In this document: positions 1-12,423 of the stretch, piece after piece | Position numbering within the stretch: position 1 is the first letter of the stretch | Layout of the letters: every line of letters begins with the position of its first letter | Assembly: GCA_020891255.1 (NCBI GenBank) | Contig: BQFW01000015.1 | Location: 1,736,001 to 1,800,000 of the forward strand | Direction: 5' to 3' | From: Entomortierella parvispora E1425 | Lineage: Eukaryota; Fungi; Mortierellomycota | Length of the DNA stretch: 64,000 nt | Translations under genes and position numbers: made by a program | Notes under the pieces: generated by a model | The model's input: the letters and a program-made list of their open reading frames with translations, nothing else | Databases searched by the model: none | What the model was told of the DNA's origin: nothing

Positions 1-184
1 ACCAAGTAATCGTGTTTATCACCATTGAATAGAGCAATAAAGAAAAAAAGCGCCACCAACAGCACTTACACGTGACTGGACCAACTTTTTTTTTTTTTTT
101 TTGTCAAAAGGACGAAATGCATGCACTTTCAGCCTTTTGATGAGCTCCTTTGCCCGACACCTCATTCAACGACTGAACGCGACA

Positions 185-779
185 ATGTCCAGCCACCAAC
201 AACCTACCTACGTGGACTCCAAAGTCCTCAAGGCTCTTCTTGAAGACAAGTCAAAGATTCCTGGAAAGGACTACCTTGTGATTGATGTTCGCGATGTCGA
301 CTACGCCGTATGTGAAAAATATATATATTTGTCAAGTCCACTCTTGTTTTGATTTAGCCCACTCCCCTTTGTATCTTCCATATCCCCAGAGCCAACGAAA
401 AACAAACACAGGTCCTCGTCTTTACGCAACCTTCTCTCTTTTTAACCTTCGCGTGTGCTTTTTTTGTTTCTAGGGTGGCCATATCCCCGGAGGCGTGAAC
501 ATTCCCTCTTCTGAACTTGTGGATCATCTTCCAACCCTGATTGAGAAGCACAAGGATGTCCCCCAACTCTTTTTCCACTGCGCTATGTCTCAGATCCGAG
601 GACCCAAAGCCGCTCGTCGGTGGTCCGAGGCTTTGGCAAACAGAGAAGTTGAGACTCAAACGCGTTCCACTCAACAGGTCCACATCTTGCGCGGTGGATT
701 TGGACACTGGCAACGGCTTTACAAGGACGATAAGAATCTGGTTATCGACTACCAACCGGAATACCATGAGGATTATTAA
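185..779 (+). CDS. Cdc25-like/rhodanese-fold phosphatase or arsenate reductase (Ibp1/Ych1/Acr2 family), 2 exons (185-307, 474-779)
   Basis: Spliced protein has YLVIDVRD..GGHIPG..NIPS, the catalytic HCAMSQIR (CX5R) motif and ILRGGF..W; GT-AG intron 308-473 restores the frame. Confidence 0.9.
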
Positions 780-826
780 TTAAACTTAGGAGCAATAGGT
801 GGAGCAATCGAGATGTTTGTAATATT

Positions 827-2966
827 TTATAAAAATGTGCTCGAGCTTTTGAGCTGATCCAGATCGTATTGGGCTATGCAATTGAGTAGCTCCCCGCTTG
901 TCACGACATCCACATTCTTGCCAAGAGGTCGCGCAAGTTCCATGCACGCCTTTACTTCTGTGCGTAGTTTTTTCACTTTCAGGACGCCATCGTTGACTTG
1001 ATCATAAACAAGTAAATGTTTTTTCATCATAGGTTTTGCTGAGTTGTGACCATCCTGAGTATGGATCTCCTGTCGAAAGAGCTGCGATACTACTTTCCCC
1101 CCTCCCGCTCGAATCATTAACGCAATATCATCCCGCGAAGGCTTCACAAAGGCGCCTGTGAGTTGAATCTCATAGCCACTAAAAAGTTTGGGTTCCTTTG
1201 ATGATAAAAAAAAAAAAAAAGAGAGGTGATCGAACATGTAAGCAGAGCGGTTATTGTCACTATGAAGAAAGTTCGAGACCAACGACTTACTCCTTGCTCG
1301 AGGCTTCTCCTTGATCTCTCAGCGCCATTGTTTCCAAATTCGTTGTTGTAGAGCAAAAACGGTCTCTCATCGATCCAGTAGCCCGCTTCCATGGATGCCT
1401 CCAGCCCTAATGAGCAATTGGTTTCCAAGAGTTAAACCAAATACTGCAGTCTGAACTCGATGGATACACTGTCAATCAGTCTGATATATCCTGAATATCT
1501 TACATTCAAATCGCAAAACCCAAGACCCTCGTAAAAGACCAAGGAAAAACTTGACAGTTCGCCCGCCTCCTTCTAAACATTGTTTCTCGGCTATAATCAA
1601 AAAGACGCGTCAGTTGGGGATCGTAAATGAAGCAGTGTTGGATCGCAGGGTAACTTACTAATATTCAGAACTACGTGAGTGCATCTTGTAGAGAGATCAT
1701 CAACCGTTTTTGCCCGGAGTGCTTTCGATATGGCTTCCAATCGCATCTGGAAAAAGAGAAGAGCAAACTATTAGTAATTGCCACGCTATCATTTACAGGG
1801 TAATATTAGCCATATTGGTACCTTCTTAGAAGAGGTCAAACTGGTGCCACTCAGAATAAATTCCTTTTCCGTTGACTCCTTTGCTCGATCTGGGGTGGAA
1901 CGAGCTAAAGTTGGGACTGACGGCTCTTCCTTTGGTAAAACAAGAGGGGGTTCGTCTACTTGTGGCTGAAGTGTAGGCAAATCAGACAAATCGGGTTCTT
2001 CCTGCTTTACGGTAGCCAGATCTACAGGATGTGCCATAGGTGTCTGAGGTTGCTGTATTGCGGGTCGAGATGGTTGTGAAAGACGAGAAGGGGAAGGAGG
2101 AGGTAAAGTCGGCGATGTTTCTGTATTGGAAGACGCGTCCAGATTAAGTCGAGAGGAGCAAAGCGTGATGATGGCCAGCATCTTTTCTGCCAGAGAGGCA
2201 GCTTCTGATTCCGTAACAGAGTCCAAGTTCACATCGAACACGTCGAGCTCCATGTTTTGAGGTGGGTTATCAGGCGGTGGAATGTTTGGAAGAGCAGAAG
2301 CCGCCGTCTCCTTTGGACGTTGTTTAGAAGGTACTGACGTCGGCAAGGCTGTGGAATTTGATGATTCACCTGGCTTTTCAGCATATGGGTAAATCTGGGT
2401 GAGGTTTTCCTGTGCTTCTGATCTATAGTTTCGAGGTGCTTGCGACAAGGCTATGTAGGTCAAATGGTAGCATCTGGTGTTAACACCACTGAGATGCGTT
2501 CAAGGCCGCAATTTCTTGAGAAAACATCCTACCACTGCCAATCTCTTGTTCGTAAGATTCCCTCAAATGCTGGTACGCTTTGATGATGCTCTCCAGATGC
2601 TCCAGCCTATTCAAACTTCGCTTTGTCACATGGTCTTTGCAGAGCGGACATCCACCTTTGCGATCCAGCGCCTGATAGATACACTCTTTACAGAATATGT
2701 GATTGCATCCAGTTGATAGTGGTTCGTCCATAGTCCCGAGACTAAGAGTAATGACAAAAAAGGGCTAATTAGGGCACAGAATGTAGTGGCATCGGTCCAC
2801 AGAATGGTCAGGTTCAAAAGCCATACCAAATGGGACATTTGAGTTCTTCAGCCATTCGAAGCAGAATTCCTTCAAAGGTGTCAGGGAGGATTTCTTGTTC
2901 TCTGGGAGCATCGGCATCCTCCTGAGAGATGACCCCTCGGTCTTGTGGATCCAGTGCCCTTGTCAT
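827..2966 (-). CDS. BRCA1/BARD1-like protein: N-terminal C3HC4 RING, low-complexity linker, C-terminal tandem BRCT; multi-exon
   Basis: Spliced RING CPIC-LGTMDEPLSTGCNHIFCKECI..CPLC; BRCT1 segments FILSGTSL, CTHVV, RTVKFFLGLLRGSWVLRFEW, YWIDERPF; BRCT2 PKLFSGYEIQL..LMIRAGGGKVV; upstream ATG at 2966 in frame with MAEELKCPIC. Confidence 0.8.
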
Positions 2967-3114
2967 GAGATCATGTCGCGTGTGGGAAAGAAAAGAGATG
3001 TTGACAAAGATGCAAAGAGGCGGACTGCACTCAGACCATTTTTGCCACCATTTTTTTTAATTTTGGCGGAGCGCGGACCCTGCCCTTCTTGCTTCTTTCG
3101 TTCTTCCTTCCAAC

Positions 3115-5502
3115 ATGGACCACCGATCAGACGAACCTCCATCGAGCCGCCGGAATGCAGGACATGACATGCCTTGGCTTCATGTGGACGCACATGATTC
3201 CGATCCAGGACGACTTTTGGCTTCCGTGCTGATCTTCTACAAGGACGCCATGGCGAATCAGCTCAGCCTCACGTACCTCCCTGCAGTTTTCACGGACGTG
3301 CAGAATCATGCCCTGGAGTTTGGCAGTCTTGTCCAGAGAAACATCCCATTGGGAGATCCAGGTACACTGGAGGCAGTGTCTGGTAAATGGGCTCGAGCAC
3401 TTCCCAGCAAAAATTTTCATGGACCGCCTGCCTCTCCTCTGGTTGCGTGTTTGTTCTTTGCCATTGTAAACCTGCAGAGGGGCGAGGGTTTCTCCTTTAA
3501 GCAGTCGCTAGAGGTACGCTTGGTTGAAAATGAAAGGCAGGAAGTCAGTGGACGAAATTGGCTATCAGTTTTGTTCTAACCGACTTGTATCTTTGCTAGA
3601 ATAACGCGAAAGCAGTGTTTAATGTTGTGATGGCATCCCTAATGGGCGGTGCACAATCTCAAGACTGTCAGGACCTTTTGGTGTTGTGCATGTATTTGAA
3701 GACGACGGATGGGAACTGTAAGTAGACATCAGCTATCATTATCGAGAAGATGTTTATTGTCCATCATTTTACCTATAATTTGTAATTGCTCTTCATAGAC
3801 CCGCTGCGCCAGTGCGCCAGCAACTTCTGTGTGGAGATCATTGGCGAACGCGCGTTTCCTGCACTTGTAAGGATGTCGGCTTTGAAGCTAATATTGGGTC
3901 CGGCACAGTTTGTTATGCAGGACTCCGAGTTTTCTTCGGCACTTTCAAATAGCATCGCCTCGCTAGTAAGTCTAGAGATATTCTGAAAGTCATGGTCTCC
4001 TCACACGGAATTTCGTTGCCTAAGAGAAGTTTACCTACATTAGCTTCGCCAGGACACGTTCGACGATATCGAATTCCGAAGCACAGTGAAAAGAATTGCC
4101 AACAAAATAGGTATCATCTCAAGAGACCTCTCCCTTGCTGACGAACAGAAACTTGAGTAAGTCTACACATCATGAGCTCGATTGCCAATTCCCAATGTTT
4201 AATACTCATTTGAAAAAAATTACGCAAGACTGTATCAATATCTAGACCTAGTGGTATCTGACCCGATTCGATATACAAATCCTGAGTGTATGGTCAAGGT
4301 GAGTGTTGTAGAGCCATATCACCTCGTTTTAATCGTAGCTTGTTTGAGACTAGAGTATTGACCTGAATATCCAATATTGTTAGTGCATGTCAGCCGAAAG
4401 GTGGAGCAGGCTGCTCCAACAGGACTTGATCGTCTCCTTCTATGAGGCTGACCACAGTCATGCGATGATTCTCTTCTTGGAGTCGTGCAAAATCCTGGGG
4501 ATCAAGTTCATGTCAGTCGATGACGCCTCGCTAGCTCATTTCGTTCTCCAACAGCGTGGTATTGAAGACGAGGCACTGGCTGCCCTGGCCCTCCTCCAGT
4601 ATGAGCTGCGGAGCATTCCGGCCGAAAGTAAGGAGCAGGCTATGCTTCATGTTGCATTGGATGCCAGAAAAGAATCCTGTCCGATCGAAAAACTGCTATC
4701 AGAATCAGCCACAGTACTCTGTGTAAAAGTCCAAAAATCTCGGCCAGACAATCGACTTCTAGAATTCGCGGAGATATTGACACGGTATAGCGTGGTGGCA
4801 CCAACTCAGTACGTCCCAAGGTTGGCTTGGTGGCTGGCTATATGTCAGCGCACAGATCGGGATTCCATCCTAGAAACTGGCAATACCGTACAGGTAAGTG
4901 AGTGGTATTGTAGATGAGGACAAGAGCTTACATGAATCTGGTTTTAATATCGAAAAAACTTTCGTTCTTTCGTAATCTACCTTGTATAGGTCGGTGAGGT
5001 AGCTGCGAGATGCCTCGATGCTTGGTTGGGACTACTCCTCCACAGGAACGAGGCGTCTCAAGGGTTGTCTGAAGACTTTGTACGGTGTCTCCGACTATTC
5101 AGCCTTCTATTTCCTGCCCGGGAACTCATGACATGGACAGGTGCAGCGAATGTGGAAGACTCGAGTCATTCATCTGTGGCGCTCTTTGCTCCGTTTCTCC
5201 GGGAGCTAATGGTAGGGATATTGCCAATCATGAGGGGTAACGCAGAGTCAAAGGCGGTGCTTCTTGCAGCAGCAGTTGTCTTTGATGTCTTGTCCTATCA
5301 GGTTCCTTCTACTGTGCTTTTTCAAGAGATGCATGCCATCCGAGAAGCATTGTATGAAATTGCGGATATGATTCGAGATTCTCCACAGTGTCAGACAAGC
5401 CTATGGAGGTCTATATTCCCAACAGTGAAAAGTTCACATCCGTTTCCTGTCCTAATCAGAAGGCTAGACAATCTTGAATATGAGGGTCAAAGTGATCCAT
5501 AG
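3115..5502 (+). CDS. Uncharacterised, largely alpha-helical multi-exon protein (roughly 600 aa), possibly HEAT/ARM-like
   Basis: Chain of open exons joined by plausible GT-AG introns (e.g. LFIDPLRQCASNF.., MSAERWSRLLQQ.., LGLLLHRNEASQ..); Leu/Ala-rich amphipathic composition; no family recognised. Confidence 0.6.
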
Positions 5503-6344
5503 TCAAATATTCAACCGTGTGCAGAATGGTCAGAATGGTTGTTACATGTTGGTGGCGCATCGCTGTGGTTACACTTGTTGCCGATGCCGTGGTGGAGAAG
5601 GACACAATGCATATTCTTGTGAGAGGGAGGTACAGATGAAATAGACTCCATGCATCACACCTCCTACATACCCCCTCCTGCCAAATGGAGCGCTATTGCC
5701 GATCCACCACAGAGCAGCGAGTGTCTATTGGCTCCCTGTGAGAAAAAGGAAGAAGAAAGGCAGACTACAGGATGGACAGATATGCATCTAAACCACATGC
5801 GACGCACAAGGGCTGACCGTCCTCCCTGTTCTTGCGTCTGTGACCTGTGGTCTGTGCATGTCCTTGGCCACCCTGCAGTCGCTTAACGCAGATTCAAGCG
5901 GGAAGAAGGGAGTTGGGGAGTTGTTTCCAGTTTGTCCTCCCTTCGATCCTTCCTGGTGCCGATTCGCGCCTGATCCGCATCGGTCGAATCAAGAGCCGAG
6001 AATATTTGACCGAGGCAAAGGGTGCACAAGACAGGACCTGGTGCACCGGATATTGTAATAAAGACCGTCTGTGCGATGCGTCCTGTCCGACATGTACCAT
6101 CGGCGGATTGTTCGTTGTTCCTGCCGCCAAAAAGCACCCAAAGTGCGACTTTTTTTTTTTGTATTTTTTGCGGGAGCAACAACAAACAGTGAATTGAAGT
6201 GCTGGTGGCGACGGGTCCTCACTCAAGGGCCGGGGTCCCAGACCCGTCTCCTGGAGAGCACGCCCCTTTGAGCGGGCAGGCAAGGGCAACGACAGGGAGT
6301 ATGCAGAGAATTGAACTCAATTGCGCACGACAGGGGTGAACGAT

Positions 6345-6374
6345 ACAAACGAACAAACGAACAAACGAACAAAC
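6345..6374. repeat. Short AACAAACG tandem repeat
   Basis: About 3 copies of aacaaacg visible directly. Confidence 0.7.
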
Positions 6375-6550
6375 GATGGCGACGGGCATTCATTCCCATC
6401 CTTCCTTTGTTCTTCCCTTCCCTTTGTTGCCGCAACGCAATAGACTCTTTTTTTTTCCCGATCCGCGCGTTCAGTTTTTTCTGTTGCTCCGTGCGCACAA
6501 AATTCTTTTTTCTTTTTCCGTCAAGTCTGTTCTTGACAGTCTGACAGAGA

Positions 6551-6551
6551 G

Positions 6552-6586
<35 letters not shown>

Positions 6587-6588
6587 GA
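6551..6588. repeat. Tandem 8-mer (GGCAGACG)x4 plus a partial copy
   Basis: ggcagacgggcagacgggcagacgggcagacgggcaga read directly. Confidence 0.9.
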
Positions 6589-7473
6589 TTGAGGGACACA
6601 CTGGCATATCCACAGATTGCCAGATAGAACAGATGGAGCGAACAACGTTGGCCCTGGCTGGACTCAATTGCTCCTCTGCGCGCCTTCCTCCTGCCGGGGT
6701 ATGTGTCCCCACGTCGTGCCTCCTCCTGCCTGCCTCCTTCTGTGGACTTGGCCCTCTGCCCCTTTTCGCTCTGTCCTTTTATCGCCTTGTCCATCTCATC
6801 CCATCCCATCCCATCTCCTTCGCTCAACCCCCTGTGCCCAGAACAAGTTTGTTGCCTCCTTCTCTTCCATCGACCCATTGCTTCCCCTCTCTGTCGCCTT
6901 CCCACTTCACCTAGCCCAGGCCTCAACGACCGTTTTTTTTGGTGATGTTCTGTGTCCTTTTGGGGTGGACCAAGGGTCCTCCGGGCACTGTTTGGTGGTA
7001 GGCTCTCTCTCCTTGAGAGGCACAGACTTTGAAGTTGGGTCTCTTGCAATTAAACAACATGTTACATGGACACACCATTGTACCATTGTTCTTCTCACTC
7101 CCCTCTCTTTGTTTCTTTGTTTCTTCGTCCTTGGATTCTTTCTTCTCCACCTTTCTCCACCTCTTTCTCCATCTCTGGTCCATTCTTCCTCTTTCTTCCT
7201 ACCACTTCCTCCTCCTCCTTCCTCTTCTTGCACATCCTCTCTATCTGCGTGCCATTCCAGATTCACAACCGACAGATCCGTTTGCCCTCTTTCTAAACTA
7301 CGCTCTGTCCCCCCTCCTTCGCCCTACCATCCCAGGCACAACGATACACGAACTCCACTCAGCGCGAGAGAACGAGCGATCCACTCTCGAAACAACACCC
7401 CTTTTCTTTCTTATCCTGTCCTCTCTCCCCTCTTTGTTCTCGCTCTCGTTCTCGCTCTCGTTCTCGTCAGTCC

Positions 7474-10400
7474 ATGGCGATTGCTGACGATCAGGCTCTG
7501 CTTAAAACCCTCAACCTCATTTCGCCCTCCAGCATGTCTCCTCATTCGCATCTTTCTCCGCTAGACAACTCTATACTCCTTCTCGACTCTACCACAGCCA
7601 CCGACGGTGCGTTCGTCCCCCACTCGTCCGACCTCCCCACTTCAACAGAGCCACAAGTTGCGCTCGACCATCGGAGGCTCAGCAATCGGATTCAAAAGCT
7701 CATTCGGATTCCCCTCAGTGTCTCCCAGACCCATTCGCGGATGGGCAGCATTCGCCTTGGTCTCGGTGGCCGCGCCGAAAAGAGGCGACTGGCCGCGGTC
7801 ACCTCCCCTTCCACTCCTTCTCTTGCTTCTCCTGATTCTGGCAAAGTGGGGTCAAAGACCGCCGTCGCAGGAACAACAGCGGCAGCAGAAGCTGCAACTC
7901 CTTACCCTGCTGACAACAGCACGACGCGCTCTTCTGCAGCTTTACCAGCAGACTCGGTGCAGCAGGAGATAGAATACGACGACGACAACAGCTCGACCAA
8001 TCGAGAGGGTTTTACTGTCGCACTCTCCTTGTTTGCCAAGGTCAAGGCTCGAGTGCTGAACAGCACCCTTCATCCCGTTTCATCCAAGATCAGTACAAGC
8101 AGCAACAACAGCGGCAGCAGTAGTGGTGCCGATTCCGGGACCCATGAAGGGAGCCGGCGACTGGATAGACGAGGGTCCAAGGACGCCAGTAGAGGCTCAA
8201 GGGACGAGGATTCAGTGGGAAGTCTACCCGGGATTGCCGTCGGCAACAGCAGCGACGCCGACTTGCTCTCCCAAGGCGTTACCGCAACCAGAGCTCCTCT
8301 TTCTTCTGCCAAACCCACACCGCCTCCACTTCTCCACAGCGACAGTGGCCAGGCAGACAGCGGCCACATCGACATCCATCATCCTAACGACCAAAGCAGT
8401 ATCCACACGGACAGTACCAGTTGCCACGACCCCATGGACGGACAGGACATCGCCAACGACAGCGAGAGCACTGTTACAGATCTTGATGAAAGTGCATCAA
8501 GATTACGTCTTCAAAAGTACGTGTTTGAGGATGGCCCGGAGGCAATTGCCGTTCTCGACGCCAATGGATCGATGACCACCCCCCAGGACAACTCGACCTT
8601 GCAGGTCGTACCAACATCAGAAGGCACAGACGCAGCAACACAAACAGCCCCCTCTGCAGCAGTGAGTTTGCCCCTAACCGTAGTCGAAGACGAAGCGCAG
8701 GATCCCCTTCAGCTTTTCCAGGAAGTTCTCACCCGTCGTCACCAAACAGAAGATGAAATCGCAGATTCTCTCCATGACCTGCGCAGACTGATTCTCGCTT
8801 ATGGCATCCCAACCGAGGTTCGTTGCAACTGTTATAGTTCTCTTTGTCGTTGTATGCTCGTCCGTTGGTTGGTTAATGCGTTTGGGTAGCATCATCATCA
8901 TCAGTTGAGCGTTCTTATCCTCACCTCAACTCCACTGTCCTGTCTCGGACTCTTATCAGCAGCTCTTTCTTTTTACCCTCACGGCGTTATTTTTGGTATC
9001 TCCCCGAGATGAGATGAGAGGGGTTGCGTTATTTTCATTCTTTTTTTTTTCTTTGGACGAGTGCCTCAGCAAGTTTCTTTTGCTAGCTCATCATTTTCAC
9101 CCCTCTTGATCGTTCTGTCCGTCATCGCGGTCATTGTTAGTGTGCGAAAATGTCATATTTTTTTTTTCCTTTTTTTTTCCCTATTTTTTTTCGTCTTTCC
9201 TGCAACCGTGCATTTGTCCCAACGGTCCACTGCATCCCAGAGGGGTGAGCATCCAGTTTCCCATTGTTGCACAAGGTGCGGCCCTGCAGAACCCCGTCTT
9301 TGAGTCCTTGTCTGAATTGCTTCTTTGCTCGTTTTGAATTTATTATTGAGCATTGGCAATATGAGAGAAACGGGGGGTGAGCAACAGTGGAGATCAAGTG
9401 AGGAAAGTAAAGGAGGAGGGGCAACTCTTGTTTCGAGTTTTTTTTGTCTTTTCTTTTTTTTTTCTTGTGTCCCGTTGTGTTTGTGCGAGGTCAATGCTTC
9501 GGTGGTACACACCCCATCACAGGCAGACCAGACGGGAAGAAAATGGGAGGTGATGGTGTGGGGCGAGAAAGAGTGTGTGCGCAATCTATCCAGTCAAACC
9601 CTCCCTCTTTTGGTGTTGATGAGGATCATTTGTGCTCATACATGGTCTGATTTCTGTTCTCTGTCATAGCCTGCTGCCGAAAAGACACCAGGTGCTCGAT
9701 CCAAACCATCCATTAGAGCCAAATGCTGGAAGCTACTGCTCGAGGTCCATCATGTGTCTGCTCAAGAGTATGTCTCCCTTGTGAAGCAAGGCAAGCCCGA
9801 AGAATATGGCAAGATCCGCAACGACACCTTCCGAACAATGGCGACGGACAAGAAATTTCTAGATGTTGTAGAGGAAGACAGTTTAATTCGCGTCCTTTGC
9901 GCCTTCTCTTGGAGCACTCAAGGTATTACGGCTACCCTTTTTGGCTTAATTGTCCCTTGGTCTGGCTCTCGCATGGTTTGCTTGATATTAATGCGCTAGT
10001 TGGTCATGATTTTGTTACTGTCAATGCATAGCAACCTCATATGACGAGTCAGGAGTCTCGTTCACATATGTGCAAGGAATGAATGTGCTGGCCGCTCCAT
10101 TCCTGTATACCATGGCTGAGATGGACGCGTTCTATTCCTACTCGAATTTCATCAAGCAATGCTGCCCACTCTATGTTCAACCCACTCTCGACGGTGTGCA
10201 TTGCGGCATCAAGGTATGTAACCGAATCCCAACTGTCCCCCAAAGAGTCACTTTTGATAGTCTTCGTAGAGCAATTGCACAGTTCTGATCTTGCATATTC
10301 GTCATCTAGCTTCTTGAGGAATGCCTCTGCAAGATTGATCCAGAGCTATATGATTATCTAAAGTCCAAGAGGATGTCGGCTGAACTCTACGCCTTTCCTT

Positions 10401-10897
10401 GTAGGTGTTCATCACTGTCAGTGCTGCTTCAGCTTGTGTAATGTACATGAACTTACCTTTGTTCACAATTTGATATTTTAGCTGTTCTGACGATCTGCGC
10501 TTGTACGCCACCGTTGGATCAAGTGATGCAGCTCTGGGACTTTTTACTCTCCTGGGGAATCCACTTGAATATTATCTGCATCATTGCTCAATTGCACTCG
10601 ATCAGAAACGAGCTGATGAGCCATGCTAGGTGCGTACTTTATTTGTGTTTGCATTCTTGAACCCCTACCATATCGATCTTTTTTTTTTTTGTACCTCCAA
10701 GAGCTGCTTTTTTCTAATCCTGTTCTATTCTCTGTCTTTTTAGCCCCATGAGATTGCTACGAATCTTTCCTGACTTGGATGCCGACCGCATCATTGGCGA
10801 AACCATCAGGATGGTCAAACTACTTCCCGACGAACTCTATGACCTTTTGGTCCGCCATCCGTATGATCCTTCCGTCGTGGAGCAAATTTCTTGGTGA
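7474..10897 (+). CDS. BUB2: Bub2/Cdc16-family TBC GTPase-activating protein with a long disordered N-terminal extension
   Basis: Exons encode LRRLILAYGIP, IRAKCWKLLL, KIRNDTFRTMATD, YVQGMNVLAAPFLY, CCPLYVQPTLDGVHCG, ELYAFP, TPPLDQVMQLWDFLL, SPMRLLR..LYDLLVRHPYD, typical of Bub2. Confidence 0.9.
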
Positions 10898-11362
10898 TCT
10901 CCATCGCGCCTTTTCTTTCATTTTTGCTCCTTTTGTCATGCACATCCTTTTTTTTTCCATTCCTACACTTCTTTTTTTTTTGTTGTACTGTCACTGTTGT
11001 ATCGTTTGTTGTGCCTTTGTTTGTTTGTATGTCCCATCCTCGTATCCGTACTTATGTATGATATGCCTTCTTTGCCCTGTATTTGTAACCCTTATTATCC
11101 GTTACCCTTTTCTACGTATTTTTGCTTTTGCTTTTGCTTTGCTTTGTTTTGCTTGCTTTTTGTACCCCACACACCCTACTTCCCCTAATAATAGCTGTCA
11201 TTGGCCATCACCATTGCCGACGCATGCATCGAATTAAATCCTTAATAAACAGCCACAGAGGAAGAAATCTCTATTCTTCCTTTGAAAGGCACTTTAGAAT
11301 TGAAAAAAAGAAAAAAAAAAAAGGCGAGAGGGGAGAGGGATAGAGAGTACTGTACAAGGTAA

Positions 11363-12265
11363 CTATGAGTCCTTCTTATCCACTGAAGCCTCCTTGACGA
11401 GGCGACGACTCTTTTCCATCTTTTCTTCCTCCTGTTGCAAAATATCCTTGGGGATCCACTCCAACATGCCCTCAGAAGCCTTCTCAAGAGCCAATTCCAG
11501 CTCTGTCTTTTGTGTCGCTGTCGCCCCTGCTTTTGATGGAATCTTATCAGCAGCATCTTTGGTGTCGGCATGAGCATGAGCAAGGCTGGCATCGCCTTCC
11601 GTTGGGGTGGTGACAGAGTCCGCGGCCGATCCGTTTTTGAGCAATTGGTAATCTCGAGTCAATTTCTGAACCGTCTCGCCGTTTTCCTTGACCAGGTCTT
11701 CTACTGTGACACCTCCGTTCTTGAACCAACCGAGGTGATCTGCAATCAAGTGCTTGTTCTTGCAACCATCACATCGCATGATGACGACGCCATGCTGGTA
11801 AGCGTGTTTGGACATTGTCTTGTGGGATCGATGGTTGCAGACGGTACAGGTAAAGCCGATCAACATGCGTGCTTTTGGATCCAAGTTGGGGGGAATGGGG
11901 TTCTTGTGCTGTGGTTGAATATGGTCATCAATCTTGGTCGAGGGTTGGTGCTTGCTGGGATCCTCTGCTGCGGAGGTATCATCATGTCGTCGTTGTTGTT
12001 CAAGGGTTCGGATAGAGACATGATAGGGTCGCAAGAGGACAGAGCGTGCGGCAGGCAAGGAAAAAGAAGACCCGGGTTCAGAGTGTCCCAAGAGGTTCAG
12101 AAGAGGTCTGGCAGGGATGGTGAGATTACGATCCTGAGAGACGAGAACGAGACGACGCGCGGATGGGTTTGTCCAGGATTGTCCTCTGATAGCCTTTGAT
12201 TCTGTGGCGATGGCCCGGATGAGCGAGGAGAGGCGGGTAGGAGCCTGTGCAAGAGTGTGTCGCAT
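11363..12265 (-). CDS. ZIM17: Mitochondrial DNL-type zinc-finger chaperone (Zim17/Tim15/Hep1), intronless
   Basis: FTCTVCNHRSHKTMSKHAYQHGVVIMRCDGCKNKHLIADHLGWF (zf-DNL); Arg-rich presequence from the ATG at 12265. Confidence 0.9.
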   Translation of the reverse strand: MRHTLAQAPTRLSSLIRAIATESKAIRGQSWTNPSARRLVLVSQDRNLTIPARPLLNLLGHSEPGSSFSLPAARSVLLRPYHVSIRTLEQQRRHDDTSAAEDPSKHQPSTKIDDHIQPQHKNPIPPNLDPKARMLIGFTCTVCNHRSHKTMSKHAYQHGVVIMRCDGCKNKHLIADHLGWFKNGGVTVEDLVKENGETVQKLTRDYQLLKNGSAADSVTTPTEGDASLAHAHADTKDAADKIPSKAGATATQKTELELALEKASEGMLEWIPKDILQQEEEKMEKSRRLVKEASVDKKDS

Positions 12266-12389
12266 CCTTGGTGACGGTCGATATTGACGATGGAAAGAAG
12301 GGGAGGGATGGAGGGATAGAGTGATAGAGTGATAGAGTGAGAGGTGAAAGAGAGAAAGATATAATAATTGCGGTGGAATGATGAAGAAC

Positions 12390-12423
<34 letters not shown>

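Noticed and set aside
5847-6197. Cys-rich ORF (WCTGYC..CDASCPTC)
   Set aside because: GTG start, no signal peptide or splice support, and it runs into a poly-T tract; likely chance.
6551-6588. Tandem repeats as a CRISPR-like or mobile-element signature
   Set aside because: Simple 8-bp microsatellite with no spacers, terminal repeats or transposase nearby.
6617-7564. 315-aa ORF upstream of BUB2
   Set aside because: Low-complexity translation of a CT-rich promoter/5' UTR with a non-ATG start; not protein-like.
9616-9650. TGATGA..CTGA pair in the long BUB2 intron
   Set aside because: The boxes are only about 30 nt apart, too short for a C/D snoRNA.
12389-12418. Long poly-A/poly-T tracts as retroposition scars
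   Set aside because: Such runs occur throughout introns and UTRs of this window, with no target-site duplications seen.
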